From assembly GCA_041650315.1 (NCBI GenBank), contig JBAZLJ010000001.1:280259-344258 (forward strand): DNA of 64,000 bases. Direction: 5' to 3'. The position numbers and the translations under genes were made by a program. This document shows, piece by piece, positions 1 to 9,312 of the stretch. The notes under the pieces were generated by a model. That model was given only the letters and a program-made list of their open reading frames with translations, did no database searches and was not told the origin of the DNA. Position 1 is the stretch's first letter, and every line of letters begins with the position of its first letter. Origin of the DNA: Candidatus Woesearchaeota archaeon (GTDB taxonomy: Archaea; Nanobdellota; Nanobdellia; Woesearchaeales; JAGVYF01).

Positions 1-60
1 AAGATCAATGAGTTTCTTTCTAGTGGCTTCATCTATGATTGCCTGAGCAGTTGCTGCCAT
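1..60 (-). CDS. 5' fragment of a gene running off the window start (MAATAQAIIDEATRKKLIDL...)
   Basis: ATG at 60, open to the edge; BRE/TATA-like gaaagccatataaac about 25-35 nt upstream on the minus strand. Confidence 0.5.
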   Translation of the reverse strand, partial: MAATAQAIIDEATRKKLIDL

Positions 61-191
61 ACTCTAAATTGAGGCATCTCAAGTTTATATGGCTTTCTAA
101 GTGGCATATTGTGATAGATATATGCAGTATATGTATTACATACACGTAAAAAGGGCGTGTCCAGAATGCTTGTTGATACAAGCCAATGTCG

Positions 192-243
192 TACAAGAAC
201 TGCTTTGCAGTTCTGTGCACAGGAGTACTTAGTACTCCTTGTG
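192..243. repeat. Inverted doublet of 26-nt hairpin units (REPIN-like module), copy 1
   Basis: Two head-to-head units (C/T)ACAAG-N6-loop3-N6'-CTGTG; 45/52 identical to 9339-9390 with compensatory changes. Confidence 0.85.
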
Positions 244-330
244 CCTCACATCTATTTCTTTAATATAATCTGCAGAATAGATTCTGCTAATTATTTGTAG
301 ATTAAGTATGTTCAGTATAGACATTGGTTC

Positions 331-376
331 TGTCAGAGCTGAAGCTCTGAGTATGCTCAAAGCCGTAGCTTTGACA
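331..376. repeat. Second type of inverted hairpin doublet inside E1
   Basis: TCAGAGC-TGAA-GCTCTGA and TCAAAGC-CGTA-GCTTTGA closed by TGTCA/TGACA; absent from the homologous site in E2. Confidence 0.7.
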
Positions 377-470
377 CATTCTGGACACGTCCCGTAAAAA
401 CAAATATTTTTAAACTGCATTTGCTAGAATAGTACTAGTTATCTTATAATAATACAAAAAGGTGAAATTC

Positions 471-1052
471 ATGAAAAAAGAAATACTTCCTCCAAGCTTT
501 GGAGATGATTTGGTTTTAGGTTTGAAATATCCATGGAATCATGCCAAAAGGCAATGGAATATCCTTTGGGCATTAATCCCTATATTCGGTTGGTTCGCTT
601 TAGTCGGTTACGGCAAGAAAATCATACTTGAATTGGTTGCCGGTAGAAGAGAAGGGCTTCCTGCGTTCGGAGATTTCTGGAAGAACTTCCAGGAAGGAGT
701 CATGATATTCATATTCATGATCCCTACATTCTTGGCGATTGGATTCCTTAATGTGATTCCTATAGTAGGCAAATTGATAGCGTTTTTAGCGCATGCTTTC
801 CTTATGCCATGGTTGACAATCAATTTCATGGTCAAAGGCAAATTCGAGGCATTGTGGGAATTAGAGAAAGCATATAATGTAGTGTTCGGTAATGTGAAAG
901 AATATCTAGTGTTCCTTTTACAATCTGCGATATTCTGCACAGTGTATTGGTTTGCAAGCATGCTTTTGGTGGGCATACCTGGACTAGCGTTCGGCCATAT
1001 GTATTTCTTCACGCAGTTCTATCAAAAGCATCAGCTTAAACTGAAAAAATGA
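471..1052 (+). CDS. DUF4013-like membrane protein
   Basis: Multi-TM; IPIFGWFALVGY...LPAFGDF...EG pattern; GGTGA SD before ATG 471. Confidence 0.7.
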   Translation: MKKEILPPSFGDDLVLGLKYPWNHAKRQWNILWALIPIFGWFALVGYGKKIILELVAGRREGLPAFGDFWKNFQEGVMIFIFMIPTFLAIGFLNVIPIVGKLIAFLAHAFLMPWLTINFMVKGKFEALWELEKAYNVVFGNVKEYLVFLLQSAIFCTVYWFASMLLVGIPGLAFGHMYFFTQFYQKHQLKLKK

Positions 1053-1306
1053 GGAAGTTAATCTCTTTTTTTCTTCTTTTTGTTTTAGTTCTTTTTTCTG
1101 GTTGCGGTGATGTTGTTGACGAGAAATCATGTTCTATTGATACAGATTGCGCATGCGGACGGCATGTTGTCTCCGGCGACTGCTTTTTCGGGAATTCTGC
1201 GTTCGTTGATGTGTCTGAGCAGTGCCCTGATTATTGTACGGGGATAGCTGCGCAATTCGCTATACAATGCGTAGATAAGAAGTGTGAACAAGTACGGATT
1301 AGATAA
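1049..1306 (+). CDS. Small Cys-rich lipoprotein
   Basis: Lipobox LFSGC; CxxDxDC...CxxxC...C...C cysteine cluster; ATGA overlap with previous gene. Confidence 0.75.
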   Translation: MRKLISFFLLFVLVLFSGCGDVVDEKSCSIDTDCACGRHVVSGDCFFGNSAFVDVSEQCPDYCTGIAAQFAIQCVDKKCEQVRIR

Positions 1307-1318
1307 ACATATTTTTCT

Positions 1319-2050
1319 TCAAAAGAATAATGTCATCAATACCGCGAGAATAATCATATTGCCAAAGTCTGCGATTGATGTTGTGATAGGTATCAAGAAG
1401 TTGTTAGGGTCTTCTTCATTCTGGAATAGTATTAATCCGCCTATAACTGATACTAAGAATAAAATTGTTATCAACACTCCTGTATCTATGAGCGCAATCA
1501 TCATGATCTTTATGCTGTATTCAAGGTTCATGCCATGGCCGGAATAATCCGATATCAATAATGCAAGCCCTCCGCTCATGGCTGCAGTAATCATCGATAT
1601 CAAGAACATCTGCAGGAACATTTTAACAAGGCCCTTTCTCCAAAATTCAGAATCTACTTTTTTCTGATGCAGCAATGTAGAGAATCTTGAAGAGATGACT
1701 GTTCCGTAGCTTCCGATCATGTTGTTCAAAGTTGGGAACATGATGACCAACGGCATTATCTCCATGAACAATACTTTTATTTCTTCTAATGCAAGTCCAC
1801 CAAGAGAGCTCAATAGGCAAGCAAATGCTAATATACCTATACTTTCCATGATTATGACTTTGATTATATGCGAATGAGGGCCATATTCCTTAATGTAGAA
1901 TAATGTTTTTTTAGAAATGTTATATTTGGTGTGGACTTTGTTCAGGATAGGGTGGTGCTTATGTCTTTTTATCTTAGTCACATTAAGAATATGTTTCTGG
2001 AAAAGCCTTTTCTTTTCGTAGTTCCAAAGATGATTATAGTATTCTTTCAT
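1319..2050 (-). CDS. MgtE-family divalent cation transporter membrane domain protein
   Basis: DPNNFLIPITTSIADFG motif; GSYGTVISSRFSTLLH. Confidence 0.8.
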   Translation of the reverse strand: MKEYYNHLWNYEKKRLFQKHILNVTKIKRHKHHPILNKVHTKYNISKKTLFYIKEYGPHSHIIKVIIMESIGILAFACLLSSLGGLALEEIKVLFMEIMPLVIMFPTLNNMIGSYGTVISSRFSTLLHQKKVDSEFWRKGLVKMFLQMFLISMITAAMSGGLALLISDYSGHGMNLEYSIKIMMIALIDTGVLITILFLVSVIGGLILFQNEEDPNNFLIPITTSIADFGNMIILAVLMTLFF

Positions 2051-2051
2051 T

Positions 2052-2594
2052 TTATAAGATTAATAATGCGACCAATAATGATAGTATGCCCACCACATCG
2101 CCAACTGCTGTTATAAACGGCCCTATTATGTTGTTAGGGTCATGGCCTTTCTTGAAAAGATATAATATAGATACGAGCGTTAATGGAATTTCGATACCAT
2201 TCGATATGATTCCGGCTATCAATGGTATGATTATGATTGTGGGATAGTATAATCCCATCAAGTAATAATTGAATGTGAATGCTATCAATCCTAGCATAAT
2301 AGATACTAAGATTCCTAGGAGGAATGAGGCTATAATATTTCCTTTGATTATCTTGGTCTTCATTCGGTTAGGTTTTATTATATGCAGGAATAGTCCCGAA
2401 GTTATTCTTGATGAGAAAGACCCAGCTATGTTGTTGCGCATTTCCAAGAAACCTGGAATCATTATGAGCATGCCAGGGATTATAAGAAGATTATCTTCAT
2501 ATATGGCTAATATAGTGCCAGCTATAATTCCGCCTATTATGCTGAACATCTGAGTGCCTAATATTTCAGTGAAATCTTTATCAAAAAATGCCAT
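2052..2594 (-). CDS. MgtE-family divalent cation transporter membrane domain protein (paralog)
   Basis: DPNNIIGPFITAVGDVVG; NIAGSFSSRITSGLFL. Confidence 0.85.
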   Translation of the reverse strand: MAFFDKDFTEILGTQMFSIIGGIIAGTILAIYEDNLLIIPGMLIMIPGFLEMRNNIAGSFSSRITSGLFLHIIKPNRMKTKIIKGNIIASFLLGILVSIMLGLIAFTFNYYLMGLYYPTIIIIPLIAGIISNGIEIPLTLVSILYLFKKGHDPNNIIGPFITAVGDVVGILSLLVALLIL

Positions 2595-2749
2595 CTGTAA
2601 ATATACTGAATTCTATAATATATTAATGTTTTGAATATGCATATTGATTTTATTGATTACAAATATTTATATATTGAAACTGCCTGAATTTAGATGTATT
2701 AATAACATAATATAACATAATATATTATAATTATAGGGTGTGATAGAAT

Positions 2750-3100
2750 ATGCCAAAAACAATAATGGTTGTTGATGATGAGCCGGATATCCGCGCTACA
2801 GTAAAAACAGTTCTTGAGAAGAATGGTTTCAAAGTCATTACCGCAGTAAATGGCGATGATTGCCTTGATAAGCTGAAGAAAGAGAAACCTGATCTGATAC
2901 TTCTTGACATAATGATGCCGGGGACTCCTGTCAAAGAGATTGTGCCTAAGATTAAGGGCAAAATCGCATATCTGACTGTTGTCAGAGTGACTGAAGCGGA
3001 GAAAGAGCAACTTTTGAAAAATAAGAATATAGTAGATTTCATACAGAAGCCTTTCGATATCAAAGACTTAGTGAAAAGAGTGACTAAATTAACTTCATGA
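2750..3100 (+). CDS. Single-domain response regulator receiver
   Basis: VVDDE, LLDIMMPG (phospho-Asp), YLT, QKPF. Confidence 0.95.
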   Translation: MPKTIMVVDDEPDIRATVKTVLEKNGFKVITAVNGDDCLDKLKKEKPDLILLDIMMPGTPVKEIVPKIKGKIAYLTVVRVTEAEKEQLLKNKNIVDFIQKPFDIKDLVKRVTKLTS

Positions 3101-3639
3101 GATTGGTTGAAATGGATATTACTAAAGAATTGAAGGACAATCAGGTTGTGCTTTTGCTAGTTGAGGGATTGGAGTACAATGATCTTTCTTTGAAAGTGGC
3201 TAAAGAACTTTTCGGCAAGAAAGTGTGCTATGTGACTCTGAACAAGACGTGCCCTTCGATTATCGAGAACTTTTCGAAAGCGAATATAAAAACTAAGGGT
3301 GTGACGTTTGTTGATGCAATTTCCAAAACTATTACCGGCAGGCCTAAGGCAGTTGACTCTTGCATGTATCTCAGTTCGCCAGGAGCATTGACTGAGTTGT
3401 CAATAGCAATCACTGAATTCATAAGGGAAGGATATGATTATATCATCTTTGATTCATTGACTAATTTGCTGATATACCAGGGCAAAGGGCCTGTCGCTAA
3501 ATTCGTCGCTAATCTGATCACTAAGATAAAAGCCAGCAAGACTCGCGCTGTGTTTTATGCACTTAAAGTCGATCAGCATCAAGAGCTTATACAGGAAGCG
3601 TCCATGTTTGTAGATAAAGTTGTGGATGCGAGCAAATAA
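3097..3639 (+). CDS. Degenerate KaiC/RecA-fold protein (no Walker A)
   Basis: VCYVTLNK, FVDAIS, IIFDSLTNLLIY, VDKVV; no GxxxxGKT. Confidence 0.7.
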   Translation: MRLVEMDITKELKDNQVVLLLVEGLEYNDLSLKVAKELFGKKVCYVTLNKTCPSIIENFSKANIKTKGVTFVDAISKTITGRPKAVDSCMYLSSPGALTELSIAITEFIREGYDYIIFDSLTNLLIYQGKGPVAKFVANLITKIKASKTRAVFYALKVDQHQELIQEASMFVDKVVDASK

Positions 3640-3691
3640 TCTCAATCATATCAGTATCGGGAAAGATTTTGTTTCCCATAATCAGTTTAAC

Positions 3692-5866
3692 ATGAAAGAG
3701 CAACCGAAAAAAGAGGGAGTTGATTCAAGTAGGTCTTTTTCTAGATTTTATTTCAGCAAATTGAATATTAAATTATTCATGATAGCTTTCATGTTTTTAA
3801 TTCTCGCAATATCTTCTTTTGGGATAGTCATCTATTATGTGGTCATTGATTCATTGAGTTTTCAGATACAATCTGAATTAGAATTGGCGGCCACTTTGAC
3901 TTCCAATCATGTAATAACCTATTTCGATGAAAAGACTGAGCTTATCAAGCTGATAACCAGTAGAACGCAGTTGAGGCGGGATTTGAATAATTATATTTCT
4001 GCTCCGAATCAGGATTTATACAATGAGATTGTGCTAAAACTTAAGGATTCTAAAGGGTCGATTGAGGAAATACAAAATCTTTGCTTCATCAATATGGGAG
4101 GCATTGTAGATGCCTGCAGTGATAATAGTATCACCGGAACTGATTTTTCTCAAGAAAGATTTTTTTCACAAGGCAAAATTTCAGAAGGCAGTTATTTCTT
4201 TAAAAATTCAGGCAATTGGAATATTGTGATTTCCGGTCCGATATATGAAAATAATCAGATATTGGGCGTCGTAATAGTAGTGTATGGTTTGCAAGAGCTT
4301 GGTGATATCATCACAGAAAGAGCTGGATTAGGGGAGACTGGTGAAGTATTGATTGCATTCAATGATAATAATGGGCAGACCATATATCCTTTGCCAAGGC
4401 GTTTTGAGAATGATGCGGTATCTATGAATTTTGTGGGATTACCGATGCAAGCTGCTCTAAATAAAGAATCTACTTTTTTTAAGAAAACCTATGATTACAG
4501 GGATGTGCAGGTGATTGCGGCTACTAAATATATTGACAGCGTTAAATTAGGATTGGTATCAAAAATAGATTATGCTGAAGCCATTCTGCCGGTACGTGAC
4601 AGACTTATTATTCTTTTCGTCAGAGTTAGCTTAATCTTAGTTCTGGTCTTGACATTGCTTTTCTTTTTAATATCTCTACGTATAATTAAACCTATACATG
4701 AGTTGATATCCGCTGCTGAAAGGTTGAAGAACAATGATTTCAAAGTTCATTTGAATATCAAGACTGATGATGAGCTTGAGCAGTTAGCGGGGACTTTTAA
4801 TACTACTGCAGAGATACTTGATAATCTTGAGAATGAAAGAAAACAGATTGATAAGGCGAAGACTGAGTTCTTGTCAATCACGTCGCATGAATTGCGAAGT
4901 CCGATGACGCCGATGAGGGCGCAATTGCAAATGGTGCTCGGTGATTATTTCGGGAAACTTAATGCTGAACAGAGGAATGCGCTTGAGATTGTGCTGAACA
5001 ATACTGAACGTCTTGACAAGATAATCGTCGATTTCCTTGAGATCTCGCGTATTGAGGCTGCTCGTTTGAAATTCAATTTCGTGAAAGCTGATTTAACTAA
5101 AATGATAAATCTTGTTGTTGAAGAAGTTAAATCATTTATGCCTGAGAAGAAACTTCGGATTGAGTTGGATGTCGGCAGATTGCCCATTATTGAATGCGAT
5201 CCTGACCGTGTATCACAAGTACTGCGTAATCTTTTGACAAATTCTATTAAATTCTCGCATCAGAACGGGCGTGTTTTAGTGTCTGTGAAGCACACAGATG
5301 GAATGATTCAGTTTAGCGTGAAAGATGAGGGTGTAGGCATATCCGAGAAAGATCAGAAGCATCTTTTCGAGCCGTTCTTCCAAGTCGAGAATATGTATCA
5401 GCATAAATCCGGCGGTACTGGTCTAGGGCTTGCTATCTGTAAGGGCATTGTAGAGAGTCAGAACGGGAGGATTTGGCTTGTTTCTCAAGAAGGCAAAGGA
5501 ACTGTTTTTAATTTCACTGTGCCGTTGAAACCAGTGCATGAGATTAAGGCCATAAAGATTTTGTTCTCGAACGGACAGAAGACGGATGAGCTCGTCAAAA
5601 ATTTATTTATTGAATATATCGGGCCATTAGGTGAACGTGAATTCGAGGAATTGCAGAAAAGCAAAGGGATTACTTATGAATCTGTGCATCAATATATATC
5701 GGATTTAGCCAAGAAAGGAATACTTATGAAAGAGAATTCCGAAGAATTTAAAAGCAAGATTGCTATGGTATTTGGCAGAGAAGAAAAAGAGGTTAAGAAA
5801 TTGAAAAAGAAAGAGAGATTGACTTTGCCTCAACAGGAGGTAGCTGAGTTTTTCAGCAAAAACTAA
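3692..5866 (+). CDS. Membrane sensor histidine kinase (Cache-like, HAMP, HisKA, HATPase, extra C-terminal domain)
   Basis: 2 TM, HAMP (KPIHEL...DELEQLA), H-box TSHELRSP, N-box NLLTNSIKF, DEGVGI, GGTGLGL; start may be 3620 or 3692. Confidence 0.95.
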   Translation: MKEQPKKEGVDSSRSFSRFYFSKLNIKLFMIAFMFLILAISSFGIVIYYVVIDSLSFQIQSELELAATLTSNHVITYFDEKTELIKLITSRTQLRRDLNNYISAPNQDLYNEIVLKLKDSKGSIEEIQNLCFINMGGIVDACSDNSITGTDFSQERFFSQGKISEGSYFFKNSGNWNIVISGPIYENNQILGVVIVVYGLQELGDIITERAGLGETGEVLIAFNDNNGQTIYPLPRRFENDAVSMNFVGLPMQAALNKESTFFKKTYDYRDVQVIAATKYIDSVKLGLVSKIDYAEAILPVRDRLIILFVRVSLILVLVLTLLFFLISLRIIKPIHELISAAERLKNNDFKVHLNIKTDDELEQLAGTFNTTAEILDNLENERKQIDKAKTEFLSITSHELRSPMTPMRAQLQMVLGDYFGKLNAEQRNALEIVLNNTERLDKIIVDFLEISRIEAARLKFNFVKADLTKMINLVVEEVKSFMPEKKLRIELDVGRLPIIECDPDRVSQVLRNLLTNSIKFSHQNGRVLVSVKHTDGMIQFSVKDEGVGISEKDQKHLFEPFFQVENMYQHKSGGTGLGLAICKGIVESQNGRIWLVSQEGKGTVFNFTVPLKPVHEIKAIKILFSNGQKTDELVKNLFIEYIGPLGEREFEELQKSKGITYESVHQYISDLAKKGILMKENSEEFKSKIAMVFGREEKEVKKLKKKERLTLPQQEVAEFFSKN

Positions 5867-6618
5867 TGGCAGAATTATCATTATATTTAGCTAATCTAAC
5901 AGGTATATTCTCTATAATCACAGCTATACTAGGGATACGCCTTATTCTGGCTATTCTTTCTAAGAAGAAGAGTCCTATCCAAAGAACAATTCATATCATA
6001 TTTGGATTATTAGTGATAAGTTTTATATCATGGGCTTCAGCTGAGACGATATGGGCAATTTTATCTATTATGGGAATAGATCCGGCATTCGGAATTGCCG
6101 AATACTTTTATTTATTCGGTTATTTATGCTCCGCAATAGCTTTAATCTATTTCGCTAAAATAAATCTTTCCCATTCAGCTTTTGAAGAGATTTTCTCAGT
6201 TTCTGTAATCGGTGGCTTGTTCATATTATTCGCGTTATTCTCAGTAAACTTTGTAGTCTCGGGTTATGTGGAGAAATTGCCGGCATTAGAGATGTTTCTA
6301 AGCTATTTTTATCCAATAGGTAGCGCTATTTTATTTGCGCTTTCTTCAACTGTGTATATTTTCTTTCGTAAGATAAAAATTATTGAGATACCATTGATTC
6401 TCATAGCTGCGGGATACATATTCAATTTTGTAGGGGATCTTGGATATACATATTATTCATTGAGAGAAATTTATGGCACAATAGGCATAATTTCAGATAT
6501 TTGTTTTATGATTCAATATCTTTTAGTAGCTAAGGCATTCTGCTTATTAATATCATCATTATCAAATGGAAATTGCGGATTCAATATAAAATCAAAGACT
6601 AAAAATGAAACAGAATGA
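5866..6618 (+). CDS. Stand-alone 7-TM membrane protein (sensor-like)
   Basis: Seven hydrophobic segments; WASAETIW, AEYFYLFGY pattern; coupled to kinase stop. Confidence 0.7.
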   Translation: MAELSLYLANLTGIFSIITAILGIRLILAILSKKKSPIQRTIHIIFGLLVISFISWASAETIWAILSIMGIDPAFGIAEYFYLFGYLCSAIALIYFAKINLSHSAFEEIFSVSVIGGLFILFALFSVNFVVSGYVEKLPALEMFLSYFYPIGSAILFALSSTVYIFFRKIKIIEIPLILIAAGYIFNFVGDLGYTYYSLREIYGTIGIISDICFMIQYLLVAKAFCLLISSLSNGNCGFNIKSKTKNETE

Positions 6619-8899
6619 ACAAATAATCGGCGGATTGATTGGGATTGTTTTTGTCGCAGCTATCTTAGTTATGATTGGATGGATATTCGGAGTAGATACT
6701 CTAAAAAGCATTGTTCCCGGTTTCGTGACAATGAAGTTCTCCACAGCAGTCGCGTTCTTAATAGTGGGATTAATATTGCTGGGAATGTCAAATTTATTAG
6801 ATATATCTTATTTGTATAAAGGCGTATTTTTCTTTTCAACACTATTATTGATATTCATGGGATATATGCTGGTAACTTCTCTATTGGGTTTAACTAGCGG
6901 CATCGAAAATCTAGTTGTGGAAGAAGCAGCAGGTGCATTGAAAACCAGCAAGCCCGGCATGCCTTCGGCAGCGACCATGCTTAATTTCGTTCTTATCGCA
7001 GTCGCTGGACTGATTTCATTATCTTCATATAAACAGAAGGGATTCAGAATAATTTCTGTGATTGTCGGATTATTGGGTGTAAGCAGTGTGCTAGGATATA
7101 TCTCAAACAGCCCTTCATTGTATTTCTATATCGAAGGGATTAGCTCTGCGATGGCGCTTCATACGGCTTTCTTATTCGTGTTCATAGGGATTGCCATATA
7201 TCTTCTTTCAGGACTAGTTTCTGAGAAAAATAATATACAGATAGGCACTGAGATTTTCTTAGGGTTCTTTTCAATTGTAGTATTGATGGTATTCATGATA
7301 GGATTGAGCTCTCAGATCAATACTCAGAGGCTTGAGAATACTCAGATGATAAGGGATGTCGAAGCTCCTTTGGAACTGATGGTTGAACAAGTCAGGGGGT
7401 ATGATGCCATACTCACTAGTGCTGCACACGAATCTTTATTGCATGCACAAAAAGGCGAATTCAATTATGCTAGGCAGCATAAAGTCAAATATGATGAAAC
7501 CAGCGCTAAATTGGATACCCTTCTTAAGTTCAATGCCCCAAAGCTGCTTGCAAAAAGTTTTAGACCGCAGATTGATAAGGATAAAGTAATCGAGATATTG
7601 AATGAACTGGATATTGTGAATATTGAATTGGTTGATTTAGAGATGCGTGCATTTGAAGCTATCGAGAATAAGGACACCGAATCGGCATATTCATTGATTG
7701 TTTCTGAACAATACTCTGAATCTAAGGAAAGGCTTGTTAATTTATACAATGAATGGGTAGCAATTGAAATAAGAACGACTTCTGAGCTTAGAGCTAAGAT
7801 TATAGATGAATCCAATCAGTTAGATTCGCTTAATTTTTATTTTTCAATAATTGTAGTGATATTCGCATTGATATTCTCGATATTCATGACATTGTCTTTA
7901 ACCAGGCCTATCAAAAGATTGGAAAATGAAGTGATTGAGATATCTAAAGGAAAACTGGATCTGCAACTTAGTAAAAGCAATCTTGAAGAAGTGCAAAATT
8001 TATCTGATTCATTGAGCAGGATATTGGCTACCATGAAGCTTGCTGTACTTAGGACCGGACTAACTAAAGCTGAACTTGGTTTTGAGGAAATTGTGAAGGC
8101 GAAGGAAGAAATTGAAAAAAAATATAAGATATTGTTTGACGTTTCTCAGGATGCGATTATGACTATTGCGCCGCCTAAATGGAATTTCACTTCTGGAAAT
8201 CCTGCGACTTTGAAAATGTTTAACATCAATAGTGAGAAGCAGTTGGCATTATTGAATCCAGCAGAATTATCTCCTGAAAGGCAACCTGATGGCCAGCTTT
8301 CATCAGCAAAAGCTAAAAAGATGATTGATATTGCCGTGAAAAAAGGTTCTAATTTCTTTGAATGGACGCATAAGAGATACAAAGGCGAGAATTTCGCAGC
8401 CAATGTTTTGTTGAGCAAAGTCAATGAGGACGGGGAAACCTATCTCCAAGCTACTGTGAGAGATTTATCTAATACAATAATCGGAGAACAGAAATTTAAA
8501 ATACTCATAGAGAGTATGGATGATGCAGTTTATTTGCACGGATTTGAACCTGACGGAAAGCCTACTAATTTCATCGATGTCAATTCTGCGGCATGCAAGA
8601 GGATGGGTTATACTCGCGCAGAATTCCTTAAGATGAGTCCTATGAAATTGGATTCGCCTAAAGGTGCAAAGAACATACCTAAAATAATGAAAATTTTGTT
8701 ATCCACTGGCAAAGCATTGTTTGAAGGAGAGCATATCACTAAGAAAGGTAAGACAATACCTGTCGAGATAAATAGCAGTATCTTGAATATCGCAGGGAAG
8801 AAGTATGTGCTTTCTATCGCGAGAGACATCTCTGGGCGTAAATCCGGCGGATATATCAAGCTGAATACTAACGGAAGAACTGAAAAGTATATGATGTGA
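6605..8899 (+). CDS. Membrane sensor with HAMP and two PAS domains, no transmitter
   Basis: N-terminal multi-TM (MKFSTA, MALHTA), HAMP, PAS signatures (NPATLKMF, VNSAACKRMGYTRAEFL, GKTIPVEINS). Confidence 0.85.
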   Translation: MKQNEQIIGGLIGIVFVAAILVMIGWIFGVDTLKSIVPGFVTMKFSTAVAFLIVGLILLGMSNLLDISYLYKGVFFFSTLLLIFMGYMLVTSLLGLTSGIENLVVEEAAGALKTSKPGMPSAATMLNFVLIAVAGLISLSSYKQKGFRIISVIVGLLGVSSVLGYISNSPSLYFYIEGISSAMALHTAFLFVFIGIAIYLLSGLVSEKNNIQIGTEIFLGFFSIVVLMVFMIGLSSQINTQRLENTQMIRDVEAPLELMVEQVRGYDAILTSAAHESLLHAQKGEFNYARQHKVKYDETSAKLDTLLKFNAPKLLAKSFRPQIDKDKVIEILNELDIVNIELVDLEMRAFEAIENKDTESAYSLIVSEQYSESKERLVNLYNEWVAIEIRTTSELRAKIIDESNQLDSLNFYFSIIVVIFALIFSIFMTLSLTRPIKRLENEVIEISKGKLDLQLSKSNLEEVQNLSDSLSRILATMKLAVLRTGLTKAELGFEEIVKAKEEIEKKYKILFDVSQDAIMTIAPPKWNFTSGNPATLKMFNINSEKQLALLNPAELSPERQPDGQLSSAKAKKMIDIAVKKGSNFFEWTHKRYKGENFAANVLLSKVNEDGETYLQATVRDLSNTIIGEQKFKILIESMDDAVYLHGFEPDGKPTNFIDVNSAACKRMGYTRAEFLKMSPMKLDSPKGAKNIPKIMKILLSTGKALFEGEHITKKGKTIPVEINSSILNIAGKKYVLSIARDISGRKSGGYIKLNTNGRTEKYMM

Positions 8900-8903
8900 T
8901 AAT

Positions 8904-9305
8904 ATGAAGAAGATAATATGGACTACTAAACTCGCAATCGGAATTGATGAAATAGATAATCAGCATAAGCAATTCATCAAGATATTGAACACTTGCTGTA
9001 CTCCCAAAAACATAGATTCACAGAAATTGAAAGAAATCTTTTCCGAATTGATTGAATTCGTAAGGGTTCATTTTTCTACAGAAGAAAAATATTTCGAGAA
9101 ATGGGAATATCCCTATGCTCAAGAGCATATGATTGAGCATGAAAAACTGATAATAAATACGTTGAAATACCAGATGAAGTTTGAGAAGATTGGGGGTAAA
9201 GTTGTCCCTGAACTTTTGAAATTCTTGGAAGATTGGTTTGAGAATCATTTGAAGAAGCATGATTTCAAATACAGGGATTATTTTATAGAGAAAGGTTTCA
9301 TTTAG
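8904..9305 (+). CDS. Bacteriohemerythrin
   Basis: IGIDEIDNQH, HFSTEE, HMIEH, WFENHLKKHD iron ligands. Confidence 0.93.
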   Translation: MKKIIWTTKLAIGIDEIDNQHKQFIKILNTCCTPKNIDSQKLKEIFSELIEFVRVHFSTEEKYFEKWEYPYAQEHMIEHEKLIINTLKYQMKFEKIGGKVVPELLKFLEDWFENHLKKHDFKYRDYFIEKGFI

Positions 9306-9312
9306 TTCTGAT

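Larger units (their letters stand above)
153..392. mobile_element. MITE-like element E1
   Basis: 16-bp TIR GGGCGTGTCCAGAATG / CATTCTGGACACGTCC (1 mismatch); exact 8-bp direct repeat CGTAAAAA at 145-152 and 393-400; second copy at 50885-51026. Confidence 0.8.

Noticed and set aside
229..420. 63-aa minus-strand ORF (and ORF 29-220)
   Set aside because: Overlap MITE E1 and its palindromes; the homologous frame in E2 contains stop codons
1319..2594. MgtE pair as a frameshifted pseudogene
   Set aside because: Each ORF has a complete membrane domain with its own start and stop; paired MgtE membrane domains are normal in archaea
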